From: Nitrospirota bacterium | GTDB lineage: Bacteria; Nitrospirota; UBA9217 | Direction: 5' to 3' | Length of the DNA: 64,000 bases | Assembly: GCA_035623825.1 (NCBI GenBank) | Contig: DASPSR010000005.1 | Span: forward strand, 1-64,000 | Part shown: positions 1 to 10,048 of the stretch, piece by piece | How the letters are laid out: each line of letters starts with the position of its first letter | Numbering within the stretch: position 1 is the stretch's first letter | Program-made: the position numbers and the translations under genes | The notes under the pieces: generated by a model | What the model saw: the letters and a program-made list of their open reading frames with translations, nothing else | Told to the model about the DNA's origin: nothing | Database searches by the model: none

Positions 1-202
1 CAAAATAGAAGAGACGCTCCGCGATCTTCTCCGCATGTTTCATCTCCTCCACAGAGATATCCTCAAACACCTCCATAAGAGAAGATGAGTTCAATCCTTT
101 CACCATAATATGATGCCACATGTACTGGACGATCGCCTGCAATTCACCTGCTATTGCCTGATTCATCATCTCTGTCAGTTTCGGACTCGCTTTCTGTACC
201 AT
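1..202 (-). CDS. Ferritin-like/bacterioferritin-family protein (5' part; runs off the window edge)
   Basis: Manual translation MVQKASPKLTEMMNQAIAGELQAIVQYMWHH...EEMKHAEKIAERL; E..Y and EExxH ferroxidase-type motifs; AAGGAGG RBS upstream. Confidence 0.8.
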   Translation of the reverse strand, partial: MVQKASPKLTEMMNQAIAGELQAIVQYMWHHIMVKGLNSSSLMEVFEDISVEEMKHAEKIAERLFYF

Positions 203-942
203 GTTGTTCCTCCTTGTTTAGCTATCGTTAAATTCGTTCCTGAGCGGTTAACTTATCACATAGAAGAAGACGTTTCAAACAAATAATCACCAAAAAGACT
301 GTATCTCGTGACACTACCGTGCTGTACTGACGGCATCAAATGCCAGCGCATGACCGTCATTTCTTTTCAGCAAATGTTTTTTGCAAAACGGTCTTTGCCC
401 GTTCTTCAAGCCTTTGCGATGTCAGCTTATACCCTTTCACCTTAAGTCTTTTTTTTGATTCCGTGCGGCACAACAAGATGCTTCATGTTCGGAATAATTC
501 CTGATGTGAAAAATATATAACCGCTATTGCTGTTTGTCAAGCAATGCAGCATTTAATTTCGTGTTATGTCAGTTTCTATTGGGAAAATGCATTTTTTGAT
601 GTTTATCGCAAAAGAATGCATACGCCGAGGAGAGGCAGCGGCTTGAACAACTGTTGGCAACTTCATGATCTTGTCTTTTTTCACAAATGAATTCGAAAAG
701 AATTGCTGATCCATTTCGAACGACGTTAAAATCCACATGCAGATCTTCGCGCGTTTGCCATTCAAACAAATGATGGCAGCTGAACAGATTCATTCAAGAA
801 GTATTCGCTTGTCTTAATGTATGAGCTTGAAACCGATGTCCGCACTCATCTTAAGCGTATATCCGAGCTGGATGTTGGTCCTCGAACGATGCTGCCTTCT
901 CTCATTTGCAAGAAATACAAGACAGCGCGTTCAAAAGCAAAT

Positions 943-1656
943 CTATTTTTTCACATCAACGAACAGGAGCTCGGAATCTTGCTCTGATATTACATGAATG
1001 GATGTTTCCTCGGTTATCATGGCCGAGCCGAGCGTCGGCACTCTCGTTCCATTAACTCTTATTGGTCCTCCTTCCAGCACATAAAGGTATATTCCTCGCC
1101 CCGGCTCAAGATCATAATGCACCGTCTTTCCTGCGCGAAGAAAGCTGGAAAGAACCCGGGCATCGGAAACGATGGGAAGGGTGCCTTCATCCCGGTTCGA
1201 TACAAGTGGCAGGAAGCGGTCGGTCCTATCAGCCTGCTCGACTGCTTTCTGCTCTACTGCAGAGTCAAGGTCGTGCTTCGAAGGATAGAACCACATCTGA
1301 ATGAATCGCATCGGCTGGTCTGGACGGTTGTTGATCTCCGAATGCCACATTTCGCGGCCTACCGTTGTGTGTTGCACCCAGCCTTTCTTGAGAATACCGC
1401 CTTTGCCGCGCTCGTCAGCATGCCTGAATTCCCCACCGGCCACGTATGTGACAACCTCATTGTCCCGATGCGGGTGGAGCGGCCAGACAGCGCCAGGTGT
1501 CAGTGTATCATCATTAAAGACGCGAAGCGTGCCAAAATCTTTGAATTGAGGGTCGTAGTAGTCACCGAAGGAAAAATGCCACCTGCCGTGGAATCTCCCA
1601 TTCGAGATATTGCCATCAATCTGGTAAATGCTTTCAGGATCACGAACATGTACCAT
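943..1656 (-). CDS. Pirin family (YhhW-like) cupin protein
   Basis: HFSFGDYYDP, LRVFNDD, HPHRDNE, HSEIN, IQMW pirin motifs; start moved to the ATG at 1656 behind AAAGGGGG. Confidence 0.9.
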   Translation of the reverse strand: MVHVRDPESIYQIDGNISNGRFHGRWHFSFGDYYDPQFKDFGTLRVFNDDTLTPGAVWPLHPHRDNEVVTYVAGGEFRHADERGKGGILKKGWVQHTTVGREMWHSEINNRPDQPMRFIQMWFYPSKHDLDSAVEQKAVEQADRTDRFLPLVSNRDEGTLPIVSDARVLSSFLRAGKTVHYDLEPGRGIYLYVLEGGPIRVNGTRVPTLGSAMITEETSIHVISEQDSELLFVDVKK

Positions 1657-2704
1657 ATTATGCCCCCTTTCAATCAAATCAAGACACTTAACCTCTTCTT
1701 TTATATTATATCTCAAGCTTAGCGAAGCTGAAGGCGGCTTTCGCTGCTTTCTTCGGGCTGCCTATTCTCCCCGGTGTTATGGAAGCGAGGATATTTTTCT
1801 CGACTTGCCATTCTCGCGTCCGCGACTGCGGGGGAGTTTCAGCCTCAGAGGTCGACCACTGAAAAGCATTTTGACAAAGAGTTCGATAGCAGCACGCACG
1901 AACTGATTAGAAGAGCTACGTCAGAAAGGGCCTGGACCGACTTCTAGAACACAAAGAAACGAACGATTCAATATAATAAATACCCCGCTACAAAAAACAA
2001 GTACCCTGACCATCCCAAATTGATGTTTAATTATTAGCGCGCTAAAATTTCCGCTTAAATTTCATCTTAATTTCAACAACTTAGCGAGCCAACGTGTCCA
2101 TATCCGGCAGCAAATGCAGGAATGACTGGGAACGTGGTACCAATTAAGACAAAATCTCATCAATTCGAGTGACAAAATCATAAATGAAATACCCAAAAAA
2201 GGGCCAATTTACACTGACCTCCTTGGCGAGATTGCCCTCAACGAAAAAATCTCAGATCATCCGCCACAGACATTCCTATACATACATCTCATCCCTCATG
2301 CAGGACATGTTGATTTAAATCTTGCATATCTACTTATCCAAAAACCTCGTAAAAATTGCCTAATAATTCAAAATTCTGGATAAGTATTTGTAAATTAAAT
2401 GAATTTTTAACATGCCTCTTGTTTTCTGGTCATACAACTTAATAATTATGGTTGGATCTGGTGAGAAAGCCAACTCTTGCAATGCACCGTGACTTGCCGT
2501 TTTATACAATCTATTGTTATTGCATATCTTTTTTTGGATATACAATGGTATAATGATTGCTAATAATAAAGTAGTATATATTATTGTAGTTGATAAGGCC
2601 AAGACTTGCGGACGGGTCGCTTATTTATGTCATTCGTTAAAAATCAAACACTTTTGACCTCATTCCGGAGGAGAGCAGGCTATCTCAAACGAAAGGAATG
2701 TCAT

Positions 2705-3247
2705 ATGAAAGCATTAGTGTACATATTTTTGATGGCTATGTTGTCCAGCACAGCTATAGCCCAACAGAATCTCAACAAAGAACAACAGAGAAATAAGAAG
2801 ATGGTTCGACATTATGCAGAATTGATGAAGGTCGATGCAGATCTTTGTGATGCTATCGCGCAAGTCGAAAGTGCTTACAAATCAAAAGCTTTTAATAACC
2901 CTAAAAAACCCCAGACGGACGAAGTTTGGATAAGTCGGGGTGTAATGCAATTAACATTCGACACAGGGAAAAAATTCAACAAGAAGATTCAGAAGAAAGA
3001 CGATTTATATAACGCTGAAAAAAACATCATTGCAGGTATTCGATACATAAAGTATCTGATGAAGAAATATCCTCTTTCTAACCTTGAAGACATTACACAG
3101 CTTTACAATTTAGGCGAATCGAAATTCTTGAAGGGCATGCGAAATCCGTCGTATACGGAAAAGTTTCACGCTATCTATTGGGATAAAAAAGTGAAACAAT
3201 TCAAAAAATTATCCCTAAGCTTAGGTGTTGAACCCAGGGGTCAATAG
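2705..3247 (+). CDS. Secreted lytic transglycosylase (SLT domain)
   Basis: Signal peptide MKALVYIFLMAMLSSTAIA; catalytic VES, GVMQL and YNLG motifs; AT-rich context. Confidence 0.8.
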   Translation: MKALVYIFLMAMLSSTAIAQQNLNKEQQRNKKMVRHYAELMKVDADLCDAIAQVESAYKSKAFNNPKKPQTDEVWISRGVMQLTFDTGKKFNKKIQKKDDLYNAEKNIIAGIRYIKYLMKKYPLSNLEDITQLYNLGESKFLKGMRNPSYTEKFHAIYWDKKVKQFKKLSLSLGVEPRGQ

Positions 3248-3403
3248 ATCCAATGATTTGGAGGACCCAATGGTAATACAACATACTCTCGTTTTATCTA
3301 CAAAATAGTAGCTTAAGTAACTATCAGTTTCTTGAGGGTCCTGAAAGTAATGAGTTTCAAAATTTATTGCTAACCAGATTATTAAAATTGTGAGAGGCGA
3401 ACA

Positions 3404-3859
3404 ATGTCTAACGACGTAATAAAATATGCTAGAGAAAATGTGGCACTGGCAGGAAATAGACCAGCGGTATTACAAGAGATGCCAGATTTTGTAATGCAGT
3501 ATGCGATGAACAACTGGTCAGAAGTAGGATATAAACCATTTTTGGTATTTCGTCTTTGTGAGAGAGGCTATCTGCATTGCGAAATAGATTTCGCGATGAA
3601 AAAGATCATAGGTGATGATTGGCTGGAGCATAATGCCTCGGTCTGGATAGACAGGCTAGTAGAAAAAGGATTGCCATCCATGATTTACAGTCTCGAGCAC
3701 GATACTCCTCCAGTGATCGATATCTTATGCGAGGAGATCAGCATTGTCTTAGCTCGTGAGTATCCTGAGAAGTTATGTGATCATTGTATAAAAATCATGG
3801 AGCAAAAAGCACAGAGTGAGTTTGTACGAGATAATCCGTTATTGATAACGAATGATTAG
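3404..3859 (+). CDS. Hypothetical protein in AT-rich segment
   Basis: 151-aa ORF with GAGAGG RBS; no recognised motif. Confidence 0.5.
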   Translation: MSNDVIKYARENVALAGNRPAVLQEMPDFVMQYAMNNWSEVGYKPFLVFRLCERGYLHCEIDFAMKKIIGDDWLEHNASVWIDRLVEKGLPSMIYSLEHDTPPVIDILCEEISIVLAREYPEKLCDHCIKIMEQKAQSEFVRDNPLLITND

Positions 3860-4016
3860 AAGAGAGAACTGTCACTTGCAGATAAGACATTGATTAAATT
3901 ACGAGAGGAAAATATCAGTCAATATGCCGTGCAGGACATTTTAACAGCTTCCGGTGAATCGAATCAGCGATGATAGGAAGATAATTTGAATCGGCGGGAG
4001 AAAAGCAGGAAAATGT

Positions 4017-4052
4017 AAAAAGGGCTAATTTTTAATAAATTAGCCCTTTTTT
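4017..4052. terminator. Bidirectional intrinsic terminator downstream of tRNA-Asn
   Basis: AAAAAGGGCTAATTT-loop-AAATTAGCCCTTTTTT inverted repeat. Confidence 0.75.
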
Positions 4053-4057
4053 AGCTA

Positions 4058-4133
<76 letters not shown>

Positions 4134-4257
4134 ATTATTCGGTATTTGTGGAACGATTTGCTATATTGCAGGCTGGTATAAATACCATATACCACCTATT
4201 CTGTCAATGAGTTCTTTTTTATTGGCAACCCGCTTCCTTGTCATCAAGCCCCGCTTT

Positions 4258-4851
4258 TTACCCCTCCTGACCTTTCTTCAGTTCCATGATTACGAGTTTG
4301 GCAATTGCCTTAAGCGTATCAAACACTCCAGTGCCTTCCATGGCGACAGCCTCATATTCGGGAACACGTCTTGGGTTTAATGCTTTTTTCAGTTCTTCCA
4401 ATGGTACAATGTTCGGCAGATCCCTTTTATTGTACTGAATGACGAAGGGAATTTTATCCATATCATATCCCTGTTCAGCTAGGTTCGTCCGAAGATTCTC
4501 GATGCTCTCGATATTCGCCTCCATCCGCTCGATCTGCGAATCCGCCACGAACACCACGCCGTCCACTCCTTTCAAGATGAGTTTGCGGCTTGCGTCGTAG
4601 AAGACCTGGCCGGGCACGGTGTAAAGGTGGAACCGTGTCTTAAAACCGCGTATCTCGCCCAGGGCAAGCGGAAGGAAGTCGAAGAACAGTGTTCTCTCGG
4701 TTTCCGTTGCCAGGGAGATCATCTTGCCTTTGCTGTCAGGATTGGTTTTTTTGTAAATGTACTGCAAATTGGTTGTCTTCCCGCATAGTCCTGGGCCGTA
4801 GAAGACGATTTTGCAGTTGATCTCTCTCGACGAATAATTGATAAAGGACAT
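4258..4851 (-). CDS. mglA: Ras-like small GTPase MglA
   Basis: [38 protein letters not shown]; matches the Myxococcus-type MglA pattern. Confidence 0.95.
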   Translation of the reverse strand: MSFINYSSREINCKIVFYGPGLCGKTTNLQYIYKKTNPDSKGKMISLATETERTLFFDFLPLALGEIRGFKTRFHLYTVPGQVFYDASRKLILKGVDGVVFVADSQIERMEANIESIENLRTNLAEQGYDMDKIPFVIQYNKRDLPNIVPLEELKKALNPRRVPEYEAVAMEGTGVFDTLKAIAKLVIMELKKGQEG

Positions 4852-4900
4852 GAGTCGGTATTTCTCTCCTTAACACATTCCGGGAACAATCGAGGCTGGG

Positions 4901-5395
4901 CTAACCGAAGAGCTTATCAATGTCCTCGTCTGTAATCTCTGCAAAGGGAGATTCGCCGCCTTTGCCCGTAACCTTTTCCGTTTCCACTTTTTTAAGGAGT
5001 TGATCGAATATCCCGCCGAGCATCTCCGCGCTCTTCTTGACACGAAGCCGAACAAGGCCGAGCGATGACCGCTGATCGAAGATCACCACAAGGATCACCC
5101 GTTGACCGATGATGGAGATATGTATGTTGTCGCGCAGACCTTCATGGAAGAGTATGGAGAACTCTTTCTCTCCCAGGAGTTTGGCCATGCCTCCTGTGGC
5201 GGCGATATTTCCTGCGGTTAGCGATGCGAGAGACGTGGTATCGAGGTTTTCCGTCTCGCCGGTCGCAGCGATCAGCTGACCGTTCTTGTCTACCAGGAAA
5301 ACGACCTTCGCGTTGGCTTGGGCAAGGAGACGTTGGAGTTCTGCGTCTATTTGCTTGAATTCTTCCTCATACATCACCAAATCGGACCCCAGCAT
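4901..5395 (-). CDS. mglB: Roadblock/LC7 GAP MglB
   Basis: LVDKNGQLI, SLASLTAGNIAATGG, SSLGLVRLR, EITDEDIDKLF; directly upstream of mglA. Confidence 0.93.
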   Translation of the reverse strand: MLGSDLVMYEEEFKQIDAELQRLLAQANAKVVFLVDKNGQLIAATGETENLDTTSLASLTAGNIAATGGMAKLLGEKEFSILFHEGLRDNIHISIIGQRVILVVIFDQRSSLGLVRLRVKKSAEMLGGIFDQLLKKVETEKVTGKGGESPFAEITDEDIDKLFG

Positions 5396-5506
5396 GTGCA
5401 TCTCCCTGTTCGATCTGACGTGGCTATGCCTGTAAAAACAGGCGGATGCCGCTATTAAACCATACTAACGGCCAGATTTCAAGCGTTTTTTTAGTCGCTG
5501 TCAACG

Positions 5507-5545
5507 AAAAAACAAGAGCCGGGTATTGTTACCCGGCTCTTGTTT
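5507..5545 (-). terminator. Intrinsic terminator of por operon
   Basis: AACAAGAGCCGGGTA-loop-TACCCGGCTCTTGTT hairpin with U tract on the minus strand. Confidence 0.8.
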
Positions 5546-5586
5546 ACGTATTCCTATGCGATTCCACTTCGATTCCGCTGATTGTA

Positions 5587-6540
5587 TCAGCTTTTAGACA
5601 TGTCCTGAAGTTTTTTAAGGCTCTCCCAATCCTCATCCACCTGCTTCTGGAACTGTTCGAGCATCCATTCGTTGCCCGGTGCGAACAGGTGCTTGAACCT
5701 GCCCTGGGGCTTGAGCCATTCGGTGATGGGCTTCTTCTTGTCCTTAGGGTCGTAGTTGATGGTCCACTTACCGTTCTCGACTTCATAGAGTGGCCAGAAA
5801 CAGGTGTCGACCGCCAGCCTCGAGAGCAGGATCGAGTCGTTCGTCTGGCTCCGCCAGCCTCTGTTGCACGGGGAGACGACTCCCATATATGCCGGGCCGT
5901 TCGTGGCCAGAGCCTTCCTGGTCTTGGTCATGAGGTCTTTCCAGCTATGAGGTGACGCTTGGGCGGCGTACGGAATGTTATGCGCCGCCATAATGCGTGT
6001 GAGGTCCTTGCGTCGCTGTTGCTTGCCTGGGATCTTTGAGCCCACGGGACAGGTGGTCGTGTCCGCGCCATAGGGTGTTGCGCTCGATCGCTGGATACCG
6101 GTGTTCATGTACGCGCCGTTGTCGTAGCAGATGTAGAGGAGCTGGTGACCGCGCTCCATGGCGCCGGAGAGGGCCTGAAAACCGATGTCGTAGGTGCCAC
6201 CGTCTCCGCCGAAGGCGATGAATTTAATATCTCTATTGATCTTACCCTGTTTGCGGAGCGCTCGGTACATGGTCTCCAGGCCGGAAGCCGTGGCCGCTGC
6301 GTTCTCAAAAGCGCTGTGCATCCAGGGCACCCGCCATGCCGTGTATGGGAACAGGCACGTTGACACCTCGAGGCAGCCTGTAGCATTCGATAGAACGACC
6401 GGCTCGTCGATGGCCAGTAGCACCTGCCGAACGATTGTTGGCGCGCCGCAGCCGGAGCACATTCGGTGCCCGCCGGTAAGAAGATCCCGCTTGTGCGAAA
6501 GAGCCTTCAGGGTCAGGGGTTTTTCCTGTGTTGTGCTCAT
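5587..6540 (-). CDS. porB: Pyruvate/2-oxoacid:ferredoxin oxidoreductase beta subunit
   Basis: GHRMCSGCG, NATGCLEV, GGDGGTYDIG TPP motif, YMNTGIQRS. Confidence 0.93.
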   Translation of the reverse strand: MSTTQEKPLTLKALSHKRDLLTGGHRMCSGCGAPTIVRQVLLAIDEPVVLSNATGCLEVSTCLFPYTAWRVPWMHSAFENAAATASGLETMYRALRKQGKINRDIKFIAFGGDGGTYDIGFQALSGAMERGHQLLYICYDNGAYMNTGIQRSSATPYGADTTTCPVGSKIPGKQQRRKDLTRIMAAHNIPYAAQASPHSWKDLMTKTRKALATNGPAYMGVVSPCNRGWRSQTNDSILLSRLAVDTCFWPLYEVENGKWTINYDPKDKKKPITEWLKPQGRFKHLFAPGNEWMLEQFQKQVDEDWESLKKLQDMSKS

Positions 6541-6665
6541 TGTTATCTCCTTGGATTCCTGGATAGGATGACAGGATAAAGTCTGATGTATCTTGTCATC
6601 CGCCGATTCGGATCCCGAAAAAGAATTCTTGGTTTTCTATTCGTCTTCTGCAGCAATTGTCTTTC

Positions 6666-7853
6666 TTAGTTTCTCACCGTTATGTACTCTTTAATCACCT
6701 TCACCTTGCCGGTCTTCGCGACCTCGATGGTTTCATCTATCACCTGGTCGACGTCATGCGGCATCAGGTCCCTGCCGCCGAGGCCATAGATCTTGTTGAA
6801 CAATACCGGTCCTCGATAGGGATTAACCGCTGAAGCGATCTCCAAGTAGAGCGGACCGTAACCTCCGAAGGAATCCGCCCGGTCCATCACACAGATAGCC
6901 TTGGCGTTCCTAAGCGCAGCGCCCACTTCCTCGTACGGGAAAGGCCTGAATATGCGTGGCTTCAAGAGTCCAGCCCTTACGCCTCTCTCGCGGTAGCGAT
7001 CCACTTCATCCTTGATGGTGCCTGCGGCCGAGTTGAGAGCCACGATAGCTACCTCGGCATCCTCTAGCCGGTAGGATTCGAACAGCCCATATTGCCGGCC
7101 CGTGAGCTTTGCGAAGTCCGCCGACACGTCCAAGACAACCTTTTTCACGTTCATCATGGCTTCGTGCTGTGCACGCTTATGCTCCATGTAGTAATCCGGC
7201 AACACCAATGCACCGATGCTCTTTGGGTTGTCGATGTCGAGGAGCGGATCAATCGCCTTGTATTCGCCGACGAACTTCTTCACGTCCTCATCGGTCATGA
7301 AATGCATGCTCTCGATGGAGTGGCTGATTATGAACCCATCCAAGTTGACCGCGATCGGCAACCTCACGTCCTTATGTTCTGCGATCCGGTAAGCCATGAT
7401 GGTATTGTCGTAAGCTTCCTGGGCGTTCTCGCTGAAGAGCTGGATCCATCCGCAGTCGCGCATGGTCATGCCGTCGGAGTGGTCGCCGTGGATGTTGAGC
7501 GGGGCGGACAATGCCCGGTTCACGAGTGCCATCAGGATCGGCAGACGGTAGCCTGAGGCGATGTGGAGCATCTCCCACATAAGGGCCATGCCCTGCGCGC
7601 TTGTTGCCGTCGCCACGCGGCCGCCCCCTGCAGAAGCGCCGATGCAGGCGCTCATGGCGCTGTGTTCACTCTCCACGAGGATCGTCTCGGTGTCCACTTT
7701 GCCATCGGATACGAACTTGGTGAACGATTCCATGATACCTGTCGATGGCGTTATAGGATACGCCGGCATGACATCGGGGTTCAACTGGCGGAATGCCTCG
7801 GCAACCGCCTGATTGCCCGTGACTGCCACGGTCTTCGTCGCCGTAACACCCAT
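6666..7853 (-). CDS. porA: Pyruvate/2-oxoacid:ferredoxin oxidoreductase alpha subunit
   Basis: AYPITPST, VESEHSAMS, NRALSAPLNIHGDHSD, GLGGRD. Confidence 0.93.
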   Translation of the reverse strand: MGVTATKTVAVTGNQAVAEAFRQLNPDVMPAYPITPSTGIMESFTKFVSDGKVDTETILVESEHSAMSACIGASAGGGRVATATSAQGMALMWEMLHIASGYRLPILMALVNRALSAPLNIHGDHSDGMTMRDCGWIQLFSENAQEAYDNTIMAYRIAEHKDVRLPIAVNLDGFIISHSIESMHFMTDEDVKKFVGEYKAIDPLLDIDNPKSIGALVLPDYYMEHKRAQHEAMMNVKKVVLDVSADFAKLTGRQYGLFESYRLEDAEVAIVALNSAAGTIKDEVDRYRERGVRAGLLKPRIFRPFPYEEVGAALRNAKAICVMDRADSFGGYGPLYLEIASAVNPYRGPVLFNKIYGLGGRDLMPHDVDQVIDETIEVAKTGKVKVIKEYITVRN

Positions 7854-7854
7854 G

Positions 7855-8148
7855 TTATTTGCCCTCCTCTTCCATGACGATGGCCTTGTTGCCCTTCTTG
7901 CCGGGGCATTCCATGGCGCAGACGCCGCACCCTTTGCAGTGGTCGTAATCAAATCCGGTCATTTTTTCGTCTTTCACGAAAACCGCGGTATCCGGGCAGT
8001 AGATCCAGCAGAACAGGCACTGAATGCAGTTCTCTTGGATCCAGCGCGGCTTGAACGACCGCCACGAACCTGTTTTATAGCTGTCCGCATTACCCGCCTC
8101 GAGGATGGTACCGGCGTGCGGCAACTCTTTCCATTTCATCTGTTTCAT
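7855..8148 (-). CDS. porD: Pyruvate/2-oxoacid:ferredoxin oxidoreductase delta subunit (2x[4Fe-4S])
   Basis: TGSWRSFKP, CIQCLFCWIYCP, CKGCGVCAMECP. Confidence 0.93.
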   Translation of the reverse strand: MKQMKWKELPHAGTILEAGNADSYKTGSWRSFKPRWIQENCIQCLFCWIYCPDTAVFVKDEKMTGFDYDHCKGCGVCAMECPGKKGNKAIVMEEEGK

Positions 8149-8720
8149 CCCTGCTTTACCTCCTCGTACCCGCGCTTTACCGCGGCGAGATTCCCATCGA
8201 TGATCTTCTGAGCGAACTTTTTCCCGAAGCTGCCTCTCACGTCCTCGAGCAACACGTCCATCCCCACGATCCCTGTGGCCCTGTTCACCGCTCCGAGCAT
8301 CGAAGAGTTCGGCATGGGCCTGCCGATGGTCTCAATCGCGATCTTCGTCGCGTCAACGGTGAAGACCTTCTGGGAGGGCTTTGCCTTTAATTTTTCCCTC
8401 ACCTCTTTCGGATCTTTGCCCGTATTGACGACGAAGATAGCGTCATCTTTAGAGCCCTCGGCAACGTTGATCGCGTCAAGGAGCGATGCATCAACAACCG
8501 CAACGACGCCCGGGTTGAGCACAGGGCAGTGCATCCGGAGCGTTTTTTCGCTGATCCGGTTGTATGCGCGGAGAGGTGCACCGGCGCGCTCTGGTCCGTA
8601 TTCCGGGAACGCCTGCACTTGGCGACCGCCGCTCAGACAAGCATCGGCCAGTACCTTGGCTGCGGTGACGGTCCCCTGACCGCCTCTCCCGTGCCACCTG
8701 ATCTCTATCATTTCCGCCAT
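8145..8720 (-). CDS. porC: Pyruvate/2-oxoacid:ferredoxin oxidoreductase gamma subunit
   Basis: EIRWHGRGGQG, QAFPEYGPERAGAP. Confidence 0.93.
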   Translation of the reverse strand: MAEMIEIRWHGRGGQGTVTAAKVLADACLSGGRQVQAFPEYGPERAGAPLRAYNRISEKTLRMHCPVLNPGVVAVVDASLLDAINVAEGSKDDAIFVVNTGKDPKEVREKLKAKPSQKVFTVDATKIAIETIGRPMPNSSMLGAVNRATGIVGMDVLLEDVRGSFGKKFAQKIIDGNLAAVKRGYEEVKQG

Positions 8721-8857
8721 AATGATTCCCTCCTGGAATTATATCCCCGGCTGCAGACCGCCACTCTTTGATAATGTTCAAATTCAAAAATCACTGTTAC
8801 GAGGTGCTTGGAACCTGTTTAGCTTTGGTATTCGTTATCGGGTGATTGCTCTTAAAC

Positions 8858-9562
8858 TTATATTTCCCGTCGACCCTCCAAAGCCCGCTGCACGGTGTTC
8901 TCGTCCGCGTATTCGATGTCTCCGCCAACAGGCAGACCATACGCAATGCGGCTGACGATGATGCCAAGCGGTTTGATCAACTTCGAAAGGTAAAGGGCCG
9001 TTGTCTCGCCCTTTACCGTAGGATTCGTTGCGATAATGACTTCTTTCACTTCGCCCACCCTGAGCCGTTCCATCAGGCCGTCTATCTTCAGATCCTCAGG
9101 GCCGATGCCGTCGAGCGGTGCAATGGCGCCGAGAAGGGCGTGGTATCGTCCGCGAAAGATACCCGTTTTTTCAAGGATGAGGATGTTGCTCGGCTCTTCC
9201 ACCACACAGATGCGAGAGCCGTCGCGCTTCTCGTCCAGGCAGATCCCGCAGACCTCGTCCTCGGTGATGTTATTGCAAACGACACAGTAACGGCTTCTGT
9301 TCTTAAGGTCGACAATGGCTTGCGCGATGCTGGCCGCTTCTTCCCGCGACATCCCGAGTATCGCGAAAGCGAGGCGCTCGGCGCTCTTCCTTCCGATGCC
9401 GGGGAGCTTCATAAATGACTCGACCATTCGGCCCAGCGCCTTGCCTGAAACTTCGGCGGCTTTAGCGCCTGCCTTCCCCTGCCTCCTCGCGTGCGAGTCG
9501 GCCTGAGACGATGTCTCGCGTTCTTTCGCCGTCGCCGTCATGTCCTGACCACCGCGTTCCAT
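8858..9562 (-). CDS. recR: Recombination mediator RecR (start uncertain; N-terminal extension)
   Basis: LPGIGRKSAERLA HhH, CxxC-CxxC zinc finger, Toprim IATNPTVKGETTA, GLPVGGDIEYAD. Confidence 0.95.
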   Translation of the reverse strand: MERGGQDMTATAKERETSSQADSHARRQGKAGAKAAEVSGKALGRMVESFMKLPGIGRKSAERLAFAILGMSREEAASIAQAIVDLKNRSRYCVVCNNITEDEVCGICLDEKRDGSRICVVEEPSNILILEKTGIFRGRYHALLGAIAPLDGIGPEDLKIDGLMERLRVGEVKEVIIATNPTVKGETTALYLSKLIKPLGIIVSRIAYGLPVGGDIEYADENTVQRALEGRREI

Positions 9563-9580
9563 TTCTTAATAACCAGCGCT

Positions 9581-9901
9581 CTACAGCAGCCCGGGCGGAA
9601 GCCCCATGCCCGCAGTCAATTTGGCCATTTCCTCTTTCATGAGGTCCTGTGATTTCCGGAGGGCCTCGTTCACCGCGGCCGTAACCAGGTCCTGAAGCAT
9701 TTCGATGTCCTTCGGGTCGACTACCGAGGGGTCTATCTTGATCGAAAGAACTTCCTGCCGGCCATTGGCAACCACCGTCACCATGCCGCCGCCGGAGGAA
9801 GCTTCCACGGCCTTGCCCGCGGCCTCTTCCTGGAGTTTTTTCACGCGCTCCTGCATCTGCTGGGCCTGTTTCATGAGATTGCCGATTATGTTTTTAGACA
9901 T
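9581..9901 (-). CDS. ybaB: YbaB/EbfC nucleoid-associated protein
   Basis: MKQAQQMQ, SSGGGMVTV, EMLQDLVTAAVNEA; lies between dnaX and recR. Confidence 0.93.
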   Translation of the reverse strand: MSKNIIGNLMKQAQQMQERVKKLQEEAAGKAVEASSGGGMVTVVANGRQEVLSIKIDPSVVDPKDIEMLQDLVTAAVNEALRKSQDLMKEEMAKLTAGMGLPPGLL

Positions 9902-10048
9902 GATTAGCCTTGTACAACACGGAATAAATTCGATACATGAAAGGGATAGTATAATAAAGGAATTTTTACTGTTTTGCAACTAAAAACATAGGATTTATGG
10001 ACGTATAAAAAGATTAAATGGTGCAGCCTGCTTTCTTCGCTGTATGGC

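Noticed and set aside
553-940. Short ORFs between the ferritin-like and pirin genes
   Set aside because: No RBS or recognisable motif; may be a decayed gene but this cannot be supported.
1770-1960. Possible ribbon-helix-helix gene remnant on the minus strand (NQFVRAAIELFVK) and faint similarity to the tRNA-Asn 3' end near 1928
   Set aside because: No start codon in frame, and the similarity is too short and degenerate to call a pseudogene or att site.
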